This document shows, piece after piece, positions 1 through 12,069 of a stretch of 64,000 bases of DNA (its first letter is position 1; every line of letters begins with the position of its first letter). The DNA comes from Selaginella moellendorffii (taxonomy: Eukaryota > Plantae > Lycopodiophyta). Position numbers and translations under genes: made by a program. Location: assembly GCF_000143415.4 (NCBI RefSeq), contig NW_003314331.1:230244-294243 (forward strand), given 5' to 3'. A model generated the notes under the pieces. It searched no databases, was not told the DNA's origin, and was given only the letters and a program-made list of their open reading frames with translations.

Positions 1-638
1 GTCTCGACTGGAAAGGTTCGCTAGAAAGCTTTTGGATTTCGATTGTTCTTGCGAAGTAACATCGCTACAGGTGGAAGTTCACTATGTCCACGACAATGTT
101 GGCATCACCAGCGCTGTGGGACTGACTGCCTCGCCTCCAGTGGACGTCACGGCGGCCTTTGGCAACAAGGAGTACTCGCTGGGAGGCGCTGTCTCCCTCG
201 ACACTGCCGCTGGAACCGTGAAGAAGTACGAAGCTGGGCTTGGCATCACCAAGCCGGACTTCACCGCTGCTCTCCTCTTGTAAGTCTGGGACGAAGTTCT
301 TGACAAGTCTCAACTTTCTTCCTTTTGCTAGGTGTGACAAAGGAGATACTGTGAAAGTCAGCTATTCACACACGGTCAGTCCACTGACGAAGGCCACTGT
401 CGGCGCGGAGGTGGTGCATTCGATTTCAAAGAAGTTGAATACCTTTACCATCGGTGGCGCGTATAATCTGGACCTCCTCACCACCGTCAAGGCTCGCCTG
501 AATAATCAGGGGAAGCTCGCGGCTCTGATCCAGCACGAGTTCCGGCCGAAGTCGCTCTTGACGATCTCTGGCGAAGTCGACACGAAGTCCCTGAACAAGG
601 ACACCAAAGTTGGTCTAGCTCTTTCGCTCAAGCCATGA
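1..638 (+). CDS. VDAC: Mitochondrial outer-membrane porin (VDAC), 3' exons only
   Basis: Exons ~71-279 and ~332-638 flanked by GT..AG introns. Motifs VEVHYVHDNVGITSAVGL, TTVKARLNNQGKLAALIQHEFRPKS and C-terminal KVGLALSLKP are typical of plant VDAC. Confidence 0.93.
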
Positions 639-783
639 GCAAGTGAGTAAAAACGTCAGTCGAGTCAGTCAGTCAGGGGTATAATCTCCTGGAACGAACC
701 TTGGAAAAAGAATTTTTCTTTTGTCTGTGACGCTTTTGATGTGAGCAGGAATAATTCGAGCTCGCTTTTTCTCCCCTCTGTTC

Positions 784-2458
784 TCATAAGACGAGCCTCA
801 ACTTTGTTCTCCATGTCTTGCCTACAATCTTCTTCGGTGCAGGATCGTCGACGCCTTTGTCTCGCTGCCCCGATGTAAAATAAAGCCATCCATCCCAGAA
901 AGCCGCCAGCGTTGTCTTCACCCTGTACGGCATGCGTCCGATGATCTTCCATCTCTGTTCACGCCAAACATCAGCTCGCAACGGCCGAGAGAATCTCGTA
1001 CTGCTACTCACCATTTTCGTGAGGCTGAATTGGAGCACGTCCCCCACAAGAACCATCTTTTTCGTGACTGGATTCTTCTCCGTGGTGCCGCCAACGATGA
1101 CAATGGAATCGTTGACAATCACCCACGCGAACTCGATGTGAGAGTCGGGCTTTGGCATTGGCGGCATGGCTTTCCATGACTTTGCGGCGTTCTCTAGCAT
1201 GTAGACGTCGCTGTAGACCACCTGGCTTGAAAGATTTAGAGCTGGAGAGAGCGAGAATGGTGTGAACTTACCTCACGCTGCCGAGAGCATTTGAAAATAG
1301 GAGACCCGGGCTTGGGCTTGTAATCTCCTTCCTGACCACCAATGACGAAGAGACGATCACCGAAAACAATGCAGGCCCTGCACAAAGGAGAAAGAAATAA
1401 ATTGGAAACTGGAACGACGTCAAGTTCTTGAGCTCTAGTCTTGAACTTGACTGTTTCCAACTCAAGAACCTGACAAGGAAACGTTTTTACCTGTGAGGAC
1501 CACCTCGAGGTATTGGAATCTCGGCTCGCCACTTTGTTTCTACCGCCTTTCCGTCTTTCACAGCGAGGCTCCAGTGCTCAAGCGCGGGCTCCCAGCGATC
1601 CTCCTTACTGCCACCCATGACATGAAGCCTTCCTCTCCAGAGCTGTGTTGCAGGCGCATATCTATCAGCGTGTGTTTTCATACAGCGAGCCATTCTCGAA
1701 AAGAAAAGAAAGAACTTTGTAAGATTTACCTGGGCACCGGAAGTGGAGGAAGACGATCCCACGACTTTGTCTCGGTATCCAGCACGAAGTTGAGATTTGT
1801 CGGTCCTCGACACTGGGGGCCATACTGCCCAGTAACAACGTAAACGAAGCGTCCATCCGTGACCATTCCCAGGTGTGAGTGAGCCATTTCCTTTGGCATA
1901 TCGAAAGTGTCGATCCAAGTGTTTGTCATCAAGTCGAGAACATTGACATGAGAATGTATCTATAGAATGGAAAAGCAAAATGTGAAAGATCTGGAGAAGG
2001 AAATCTAATCACTAACCTCGTCAATGGTAGCATATCCAGCGAAAACGTACAAGAGGTTCCGGATTTGTACGGCAGCCCCATCGAGCCTCTTAACAGGACA
2101 CTCTGCGATTTCTTCCCACTGGATCTCTGGAACGCCTGGTTCTAGCAAATCCATCGCCTCTATCTGTGCATCTTAGAAACGCGGAAGAATCAGCTAGACA
2201 GATTTAAATAAAACACTGACAAATGCGAGGAAATCGCAATATCTTCTCGCTCGGCCAGAGATCACACTCACTCACCTCCTGCAGCTTGAGCGGATCATAG
2301 CCGAGTGGAATCGAGGAAGGCATCGACCGCGGCGCCGTTGCGTAGGACGAAATCCAGTAGAAATTCCTAAACACCGCCACGATCGCGAGCAGCGCGCACG
2401 CCGCGAGCGCTCCATAGCGCACGAGATGCCCTACCGAGCCCACATTCCTCTTCCCCAT
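784..2458 (-). CDS. Kelch-repeat protein with N-terminal membrane anchor, multi-exon
   Basis: Kelch GG motifs across exons (LHVMGGSKEDRWEP, LFVIGGQEGD, IVIVGGTTEK, VYVVTGQYGPQCRG). Hydrophobic N-terminus LAACALLAIVAVF. ATG at 2458. Confidence 0.88.
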
Positions 2459-2609
2459 ATACGGATCTCTTCTTCGAATCACTAGGGCTAGGGCTTTACA
2501 TAGCATATATACCGTACAAAATTTTAAAGTTTAGCCGCCAAAATATTGTCCGGCAATAACGACCGTACAAGACCCCAGGTTTTAGGGTTCTTGGGGAAAA
2601 CTCTCTACT

Positions 2610-3243
2610 CTAGCACGTCGTCCAGAGGGGGCCAGTCGCTTCGAGCGCCACGATCCCCCGAAAGTGGTGGCTTTCGCGGTCGGGCGAGCTTGGCGCCGCC
2701 GGCGGCGACGACGCTGGGGAGATTTTGATGCTCTCGCTGGTGATTGTGGTGGCGGCGGTGGTGGCGGAGGAGACGCTGTGGTTCTGCCCGACGATGTTGG
2801 TGACCATCGCGCTGTGCTGCATTCGAAGGCAAACGTTCTCGGCCTGGGAGATTGCGAGCTGCGTCTGGAGCTGCGCTATCTGCTGGTGTAGTGCCGAGAT
2901 CGCGCCAACGCAGCCATAGACCGGATCCCTGACCCTGGCATTTGCCTCGTAGACCATGCTACTCACGGCGTCGCCGCGCTGGTGGAGAGGAAGGTCCTGG
3001 AAGAGAAACAAGAAGGAAGAAAGAAATCTTTGAGCCCTAAAGAACGATTGGAAATGGAAGAACTTGCGATCGATCGATCACCTGGAGCATCTTGCTCACA
3101 TTGCTGGCGCCGAAGACCTTGTGGACGAAGGCGAATTTCTGGGGCTCGTCGGGGGGGAAGTATGGCGCAAAGATGCAATCCTGCGCGCATCGCCGGCGGA
3201 GGAGCTTGCAAGCAGCGCACGGCGACAGACCTGACGGGGACAT
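2610..3243 (-). CDS. LBD: LOB-domain (LBD/AS2 family) transcription factor, 2 exons
   Basis: C block CAACKLLRRRCAQDC, GAS block FAFVHKVFGASNVSKML / DPVYGCVG and leucine-zipper-like LHQQIAQLQTQL. Intron ~2997-3081. Confidence 0.95.
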
Positions 3244-3665
3244 TGGCGATCGATCGCGCCGCGCCGCGCCGCGCCGCGCTCGCTGGATCGATCGATTGCT
3301 CGTTCGATCGATCGAAGTCGCGAGCTCTTCGTCTTCTTGGAAAATATGTCCTCCTCTCTCTCTCTCTCTCTCTTTAAACCGTGGGAAGGGCAAAAAAATG
3401 GAGGCGATGGTATATAAGCTGGCGTGACGTGGTGACGTGTCGCGCCGGATTGGCCCGACGCAAATGGTAAGTGGACGGTGGGAAAAAAAACTTCTTCCTG
3501 GAAATTCAACTGGAGATTTCTTTGGATCGTGCGAACCGCGTCCCATGCAAGCATCGAACCCGCGACCTCCAGCTGGGGTGGATCTGAGAATATGCCGCCT
3601 TTCAAAATTGGCAAATTGGCGCTGTTTCTATGGTACAAGTTTGAGGAGAGCTTCTTTCCGGTCTC

Positions 3666-6600
3666 TCACCGTGGCTTGGGCGATGGAGAGGATGAGGAGG
3701 AGGAGGGCGATGGAGATGGCAGAGAGGGGGGAAAGAATTGCTGTATTGCTTGCTGCAATTTGCTGAAAGTCACTGGCTTGGCGATGAATGAGTCCATGCC
3801 GTGAGTGTAGCATTCCGCGACGTTCTCTGGAAGCGCATTCGCGGTCATCTATTCCAGCCAAAACAGAGAAGGCAGCGATCGATTGATCAGAGAAGAGCTT
3901 GTCTCTAACAATTGAGAATGAAGAACAGATGTGATCACTTACAGCTATGATCGTGCTCCTCTTGCCTTGACCATCCCGATTTCCCTGCGTATCGCGGATC
4001 AAACGAGTTGCCTCCAATCCATCCATCACGGGCATGATGACGTCCTGATAAAAAGAACTTATCGCCAAGAACGGTCAAGGAAAGAAAGCTGGCAATACCA
4101 TTAGAATCAAATCGAAGTAATCTCTCTTGATCGCTTCCACAGCCTCGGCTCCATCGTTCACAACTGTTGCTTCGAGCCCCATTCTTCGCAGCATCGACTG
4201 GGCAACCATGATGTTCACTTTGTTGTCCTCGGCGAGCAAAACTTTCAACTTAGCCGCATTGCCGCCAATGGTGGTGGCGGTGCTGGTAGCGGGAGCAGGA
4301 GCATCGATCTTCGTCGTGGCTTTACCGCTAGCTTCACCGTTTCGATGAGGAGGAGAGCTCGAGCTCTTCCTGGACGAGACACTCTCGCCATTGTTGCCGC
4401 TAATTCTCTTGTTCACGCTCGAGCCCCGTGTTCCCGATGATTTTCTTCTCGCCGCCATCGCTGCCGTGCTAAAACTAAAGTGGCTGCTAGCTTGATTGGT
4501 ACCGTTTGATCCGCAAAGCTTGCAGGGCAGCGTAAACATAAACGTGGAGCCTTTGTTCTCTTCACTGTTAACTTTGAGCTTTCCACCCATGAGTTCCACC
4601 TTGAAGAAACGAAGAATCATAGTTATCGTCGAAGGTTCCATAGCATGAATCACGTACCAGTTGCTTGCAAATCGCGAGGCCGAGACCAGTGCCACCATAC
4701 TTCCTTGCGTGTGTTTCACTCACTTGCATATATTTCGTGAATAGAAACGGGAGAGCCGTGTCTGCGAAACGAAATCAAAGAAAAGGTTAGAACTATCCAT
4801 CAAACTGTGTATAAACATTTGTGTGGCAGACCTGGAATACCAATGCCCGTGTCCACAATTCGACACTCGAGCCACACCGTGTCGTTGTTTACCCACTGTG
4901 GAACGGTGGGAGTGGTAGTCGCAGGAGAAGTGATAGAAGAAGAGCAAGGAGTTTGTAATTCGTTTGAATCGACAATGCTTCCATTTTGCTTGTGAGGAAG
5001 TTTTTTGTTGCTGATTTCTATCTCCACCCGGACACTTCCTTGACGAGTAAACTTGATGGCATTGCTGGGAAAAGAAGAAGAAAAAGGTATAAAGCTCGAG
5101 AAAAGCCTTGCACGACAGAAAGAATCGAGTTTTTACCTCACCAAGTTTGTCAAGATCTGGCGGACTCTCAACACATCGGCAATCACCTATAAGAAAAGGA
5201 GAGAAACCAAGTTACTCTCAACCGTGAAGATCTTAAAAAGCTTTGTCACCTCAAACGGGACTTCGGCCGAGACAAAGCCTTCCAAATTCAAGTCTCGCTT
5301 TTGCATCGACGCTGCGGCGATTTGGAGGACGTTCTTGAGGACCTCTCGAGGACGAAACTTTGTAGCCTCGAGCTTCATAGCTCCTGAGTAGCAGAAAAGA
5401 GAAGCCACGATTAAAACACCATCAAAAGCTCAAGCTGGTTTCACCTGATTCCACCTTGGAGAGATCGAGAATGTCATTTATAAGTTGCATCACCAGGTCT
5501 CCGGATGAAACCATGATATCGACGAGATTTTGCTGCTCGGGATCAAGATTGGTGGCGGCCAAAATCTCGGCCATGCTCACCACTCCACTCAGCGGCGAGC
5601 GTATCTCATGCGACATTGTAGCAAGCAGCTGCTTTGCCTTCATCGTTTCCTCTGGAAAAAACCAAAGTATAAGAACAGCACTCAAAGATTTAGCACCAAA
5701 AGCTTGCCTGTGATGCGCATTGTCTTGTGAAGCTGCGTTTCCATCGCCTTTTGCACGGCTTCTTCCTCCCTCAAGCGTATGAGCTTCTCCCGGTTTGCAG
5801 CCTTGAGAATTTTCTTTTTTCCTTGTCAAAGCTGGAAAACGAAGATTTCACAGTCTCGAAAGTACCTCTTCAGTGACGTCCATGGAGACGATGTTGACAC
5901 CAATCGTCTGGCCACCTTTGCTGAACACCGGCTCGGCACAGATGAGAAACACCTTGTATCCAAACTCCACCGTGTCGTAGACGAACTCTCGCTTTGCCGG
6001 GCACCCCCGGCGAAGAACTTCCTTCTTGAAGTTGTGTGTCATGGTTCCTCCCGGACCCGGGAGAAGCTCCAGGTCCGTCTTTCCAATCACCTCCTGGAAA
6101 GCAAAACTCGTAAATCCTGTAGAACACAAGCTCTAGAGCTAGAACTTTAGAGAACTATAGAACTCGCGAATTCTAGAACTATAGAGCTCTAGAAAGCCCA
6201 CGCTAGCTAGCAGTTCTAAAACAAATGGAAAACTTTGAGGAAGATCGCTACGTACCGATTGCCAGGCCGGATGATTATTGTACATAAATCTATATTTGAG
6301 ATCCTTGTCCTGGCAATGAGAGTTTAGATCGCAGCGAGGAGAAGCAAGCGAGCAAGAAATCTTTACCTGGTGGCTCAAGAAAATGGGAGCATTCCGGAGC
6401 ACAAAGTGGAGGAAGTTGTCCACTCGCTCGAGCTGGTTTTGCAGCTCGGTCACCATCGGCTTCACTGCTTCCAGGCGCTTGGATTTCTCCTCGAGTTTCT
6501 TGATGAGAATCTCCTCCCGCTGCAAGCTCTCGCCCAGGAGCTGGTTAAACTTCCAAGCCTTGGACTTCCAATGCTCCACCTGGTCGCCATAGCCTTCTCC

Positions 6601-7320
6601 TCCCTCTTCCAATCCAAAGCTCCCTCTCCTCTCGCAAGAGCAAGCAGCAGCATTGCCGCGGCCATCGCCCTCCAAAGTTCCTGGAGGAGGAGGAGGAGGA
6701 GCTCTCCACTCTTTCTCTACAGTGCCAACTTTGCTATCATCCAGCGATGGAGGAGGAAGGACTCCAACCAGCGGAGGAACTCCACTCACTTGCCGCTTGA
6801 CTTGCTCCTCGAGCGTCCCGGAGCCGCGCAGCACCGATCGATTGTCCCGCGACGCCGCCGCGTAGAAGGATTCCTCGTCGAGAATCCGGCGCCGCTTGCT
6901 CTCCGCCTCGCTGCGCTGTGACGAGAGCGACTCCATCTCCTCCTTGAGCAGCTGGACTGCATTGCTGTGACTGGATTCCCACTGCCTGGCCAGCCCGGAG
7001 AGCTGCCCGACTCCCACATTCGTGGAGCCAACCAAGCTCGACAGGTAGCTCGAATCGGCGATGCCCGCCTCGCCCGCCAGGGATACGTTGTCCGGCTTCT
7101 GCGACAAGCGCTTCTCCCAATTCAGGTCGGGTGGCCACATCGAAGATCTCTTCTCTAGGCTCCCGAGCTCGTCCTGGGAGTGCACGCGATGATCGATTCC
7201 AGCTTCCAGCTTGATTGTGATGATCGCGCAGAGCCAAATTCCCCGCAGGGAAGAGATGGTGTGATCGATTCTTCTTCTTACCTCTTTGATCTTACTCCTC
7301 TCGTCACCCACATTGGGCAT
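3666..7320 (-). CDS. Hybrid sensor histidine kinase, cytoplasmic AHK5/CKI2-like (coiled coil, PAS-like, HisKA, HATPase, receiver)
   Basis: H box [15 protein letters not shown]; [14 protein letters not shown]; G1 DTGIGIP; [19 protein letters not shown]; receiver LLAEDNKVN...D...[10 protein letters not shown]...MTANA...KP. No TM or CHASE domain seen. Confidence 0.92.
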
Positions 7321-9812
7321 TCACCGCGACGATGGAGACGACCACCCTGGATTTTCGTGGCGAATTCCCGAATCCGCGATCGACCCACTAAATCCGGGGC
7401 GCGGAGGCGACTGCCCACATGGATCGATCCGCGCGGCGGCGCTCCTGCCGGGAGCCCACATCGATCGTGTCATGGAGAATCTCCCAAAAGAAGCATTTTT
7501 ACTTTTGAGAGGAAGTGTTCCTAGGATCACGGATCACGGAGAGACTATAAAGTCTGATGGATGGAAGGAAAAGATTCTTCACGCTTGGAAGCTTGATCGC
7601 TCGAGCGAGCTCCTTCCAAATTGGTGAATGCCTTCCTTTTTCGAGGCATCTACGGTGTTCTTTTCCCTCTTTTTTTTTGGTGTGTGAGTGTGTTGATGCC
7701 CACTGCTGGTGCATGAATCGCACTGTGGACGGATGGAAGACATCTCCCGGGCCCTCTGAAGAAACTAAAAAACTATACCAAGTTAAACAACCATTTGAAG
7801 GGGAAAGTCCTAAGAACTAAAAGCAAAGAGAAACCATACCACATTTCCAACACAAACAACATCGATGTCCTTGTTGCGCCCAAAAGTTACTACACCACCG
7901 AGAGCGAGCTTTTCACCATGTCCGCAAACCTGGAGAAATCGCAGGATCAAAACGCTTTCATCGTCTCATTCATTCGCTGTCAGTGTTTTTACCTCGTTCT
8001 TCCATTTTTTAAACTTGCTTGCTTCCACTAGCTACGTTGATCCAAGGCACACCATCATCCACGTTCAAGCGCTCTCCTTCCTGCCGTGTAAGATGCAAAT
8101 TCATGGATTAAACAAAGTTTCTACGAGCCAAGTCACAACACATGCTTGGAGAGATCGGATCGGCTCTTCAAAGCTTTTTGACAGCCGCTTCGAGAAAACA
8201 CTCGCAAGGATAAGGGAAGCTCATTCGACACACAAAAAGTATGCAAGCCAAGCAAGACAGAAGAAAAAAACACTTTGCTCACGAGCGTTCCTGGCTCTAC
8301 CAACACGAGTGACAAATCCATGGTCACAACTTAAGGCTCTTCGCTCTTGGCACTTTTGCTGGCTGGAGCAGCTTGTTTACGATTAAACAAGGCTAGTGCT
8401 GGTTGGAAGGTCACGCTCATTGACAAAGGCATGTTGAGCGAGAAAATGATGAACATGGGGTGCCAATGGGACCAGAAACTTCCATGCTTTGCTGTAGGAT
8501 TAGGCAACGATTACATACCTCACCTTGTTTTAGCCTTGTTCTTCGCTTGTGTTCTGTTCGTTTCTCTCGAGTTCCCATGCCTGCCTGTTAAAAGAAGAAA
8601 AACAAAGGAAGTTTAGATGGTGATCTTAGTGGAACTCATAAGCGGGTGGCAAGTGGAGCTCAAAAACAATGATGGATGTAATCACGAGGAGGAGAATAAA
8701 AAGACTATAACGAGACAGAAACGCTGCTCTGCATGGACCCAGAAAAGCTTAGTTTTGTCCTGGAGCATCCAGGAAGACTGTAAAAACTACGCTGGCTGCG
8801 AGAACTAAACAAACGCGAGAGCTTACGAGCCCACGTTCTCGACACAAAAACTAACCTCGAAACGCTGGTGGTTGGGAGGCACCGCAAGCTCCCCGCCTCT
8901 ACAAAAGCAAAAAAGCCTAGCGTTAGTGCAAGGTAGTCGAGCAAGCATGCACGGGCCAGCAGCATAAGAAGAGAAAAAAACGCGAAAAGTGAAAGAGAAA
9001 AGAAGAGTGCTCACCATGGATGGCTGCTGCTGTGCTGGTGTCTATCCATTCAAGGAGATGTTGCCATCGTTACGGTTTTAAAATGCGGGTCAAAACGGGG
9101 TCTCACCTTGTTTTTGTTCCTGGAGGGTGAGGACGACTTGTGTGAAGGAGCAACAACGTAAAAAATGAAGAGGATCACCTTTGTGCGGGATATACCAGCG
9201 CCTATCGAATACCGTGACCCGACGTTTCAGGAATTGGCAGCAGCCGAAAGTGTCCGACTTAACAGCGGAGAAAGCTCAGCCTGCCAGAAGGGAAATCTTT
9301 GTTAGTTACTGATAAGAAAGAAAGACAACAACGCAACCTGAGATGGAAGTGAAAGTAAAACAAGTCGTTTCTCTAAAACAGTAGCGTCAGTCAGTCGAGC
9401 ATTCAATCGTTCCCATGACTGTTTCCCATGACTATGGAGCTTTGTCTTGGAGCTGTAAATCCGACTCACCTCGCGCATAGATGTTGGACATGAGAGAGTA
9501 CGCGGAGCCTGTTCCATCGTCGAGCTTGAGAACCGACTGGAAAGCCATCCTGCCAAGCTCCACATCTCTCCACTTGAGGCATGAACTTAACAGCGCCGTC
9601 CACAGCACCGTGTCCGCCTTGCAAGGCATCGCCTCCACGGTCTTGAGCGCTTCGTCTAGCCGATTTGCCCGGCACAGAAGATCCACCAAGCAAGTGTAGT
9701 GCTGGACGTTTGGAGCCACTCCATACTCGCTGCTCATGGCCTCGAAGAACTCGCGTCCCTTGTCAACCAGCCCGGCGTGGCTGCATGCCGTGAGCAGCGA
9801 GACAAAGGTGAA
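6779..9812. repeat. Segment A: kinase 5' exon, upstream region and PPR 3' end; direct copy at 17415-19427, inverted partial copy at ~45800-48277
   Basis: Near-identical sequence and repeated ORF translations (e.g. 7321..7530 vs 17944..18153; 8705..8965 vs 46646..46906). Confidence 0.92.
9432..9812 (-). pseudogene. 3' fragment of the 827-aa PLS-type PPR gene
   Basis: TFVSLLTACSHAGLVDKGREFF...DLQLQDKAP matches the end of 19047..21530 and 43697..46180. Homology stops abruptly at ~9812. Confidence 0.88.
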
Positions 9813-10196
9813 CGCACCGTGAAGCACCGAGACGATGAACGTACATTGTTAGCGAGATCACTGCAGGGTTCATAGCAAAAGCGAATAGTGAATACCAATC
9901 TTGGAGGCTCTTTGTATTCGAAAATGAAGAGCCAAACTCATCATGGAGACTAGCCTCCTCTCGACTTTACTTCCACCCTGAAAAGAAAACACGATAGATC
10001 ATTCATTATAAAGCATAGACAATAGTACCTGGATCGTGGCTTGTAGAGAACTATCAGAGCTGGGGAATGGCACCGCATTGTGCGCATTTCTCGCGAGACC
10101 TCGAGGAACCCTAAATTAAACCCTAGACCCTCTTCTCAAAGCGGGAAATATTTTCTGGAAAGAAATGGAGATCGCAGAGAATCACATCGATGTCTC

Positions 10197-10639
10197 TCAA
10201 TCGAGGATGAATCGAGAGACAACGACGAGCACGACAAGCGCGACGAGCGCGACGAGCGCGACGAGCGCGACGAGGACAATCATGAGCAGCGCATCGACCA
10301 GGCCACATCGGTCGTGCGATTCATTGCGGCCTCCCTGGGGCTCGTCACGCTCGCCATTGTCTCCGGCCAGCTCGCTGTCGGCCTGCTGGTGCTCGGCCGC
10401 GACCCGATCTCGCTTGTTCTGGAAATCGTCTTCGCCCTGGTCTGGTTCTCCGTGCTTGCGTGCTGGATTGCACAAGAAATGTGGATGATCAAGCAAGAAC
10501 CAGAAGAGGATCAACCTGCTGCAGCCGCCTCCCACTCCATCTGGAGCAATGCGTTGCGTCGCTCTTGCACAACCGAAATTTCGCGTGGATTCTTCGCGGG
10601 CGTCCTCCTCTTCCCCTTCTTGTCACTTGGATTCGCCAT
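10197..10639 (-). CDS. Putative 2-exon orphan tail-anchored membrane protein (~129 aa)
   Basis: ATG at 10639, exon 10639-10516, 53-bp GT..CAG intron, exon 10462-10197. They splice in frame to MANPSDKKGKRR...AAAARKHGEPD...LLMIVLVALVALVALVALVVLVVVSRFILD*. Confidence 0.55.
10221..10276. repeat. 9-bp tandem repeat (GACGAGCGC)n
   Basis: About 5-6 copies, some degenerate, seen directly. Confidence 0.85.
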
Positions 10640-10879
10640 ATCTCCCTCGATCGATCGCTCGCTCGCTCGCTCGCTTGCTCGGGCTCTCACAAACACAATA
10701 AACTCCTAAAGTGAACGAAGGCACTTTAAAACGAAATTCTTCCCGCGCGCCACGTGGCGGGAGCTCGGCAGCGTAAAAGGGGCGATGGAGATTGGGATTA
10801 GGGTTGTGGGATCTCGCGGCGCTGAGGAGAGCTGCTCATCCACCAAGCAATTCCTGGCGCAGAGACTCTAGCGAGCCGG

Positions 10880-11945
10880 AGCTTCCACAGCGTTTTCGCG
10901 AGAATGCTGCAAGCTTTGACTGTCGCCAACAATCTGGAGAGCAGTTTTGCGTCACCATGGCATCGACGCTGTTCACAATGTCTATCAAGCCTTGGATCGG
11001 CCGGGTAAGCAAGAGCAAGCCTACTCGATATCTCTTCTCTTACGGATTTTCCTTGTTTATCGAGATGAACTTAGTGTTTGTTTTCTAGCCAAGCGATTTG
11101 CTTTTTTTCTTTTCTGATCCCAAGTCTTTGTTTTCCAGGTTTGCCAGGATCCAAGATGGGGCCGATGCTTCAGGAGATGCTACAGCGAGAAGCCGCAGCT
11201 CGTCAAGGCTATGACGACGATTATCTCGGGGCTTCAAGGTGAGGCCCCTGCCAAAGGAGTTCTATGCGTCGGAGAATGACCAAGAGTTCTTACAACTTTT
11301 TCTTTTGGTTTTCCTAGCTGCGGCTTGCTCCAAGCACTATGAACTGTGCCAACAGGAATTCGTGATCCCTGATTGGCAAGGCATTGACAGGATCACAAAA
11401 CCCGGCACATACTTACACAGTTCTCGTCTCAGTGGAATTGACATGGTGAGAAATGCGTGCTTCTTCTCTCCCAGTTTACCAACCGGAGCTCTCTTTTTTC
11501 TACTCGTTTCTCCAGAAGATAATGACTTCTTGCTTCATCATGGTGCCCCGTACGAGTACACCAAGTTCATCGGCACTCTGACGTCTCTGGTGAAGGAAGG
11601 TTTCATCTCCATGGACAGGATTGATGACACGGTGCGGAGACTTCGCTTTGTGATGTTCTCGGCAGGTTTGATCGGCGTAAGCGGCCCTCGAAGCTCAAAC
11701 TTTCGGATTTTTATACGTAAGCTTTCCTGCTAGGCTCACAGAGATCACTGAGCAAAACAGCCTCGAAGGCCCTCGTTGCTGGCAGCAATCTCGGGAATCA
11801 ATGGCTCCTCGTCGGTGAAAGGTGACTTTGTGATCGTCGTGGTCGTACACAAAGACCCACCCACAGGACGGAGCCAATGCGATCGTCTGGTTCTCTTGAA
11901 AAACGGCAAGGATGCCAAGTATCCGCTGCTGCCCGTGGCTGCTAA
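10880..11945 (+). pseudogene. Glycoside hydrolase family 3 (beta-glucan exohydrolase / beta-glucosidase) degraded fragments
   Basis: GIDAVHNVY, CQDPRWGRC, KAMTTIISGLQG, ACSKHY, DWQGIDRI, GIDMV, ISMDRIDDTVRR, LVLLKNGK, with large deletions and frame breaks. Confidence 0.82.
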
Positions 11946-12069
11946 GACGATCTCGCGTTATTTTTTATGACACGTCCTCAAAAGGTATGGTTGTGATCCT
12001 TTTGGTCAAAGGGATCTACCAAAAAAAGGTATAAATTCCCCCTCCAGGATTTTGTAAATTTAGGGTTTG

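Noticed and set aside
3250-3375. (CGCGC)n, (GATC)n and (CT)n runs upstream of LBD
   Set aside because: Ordinary 5' UTR microsatellites; GATC runs recur near many gene starts in this window.
9813-10095. Spliced exons fused to the PPR 3' fragment as a chimeric gene
   Set aside because: The predicted splice path enters the PPR fragment out of frame.
10221-10276. CRISPR-like array
   Set aside because: Simple 9-bp tandem repeat without spacers, in a eukaryotic context with no cas genes.
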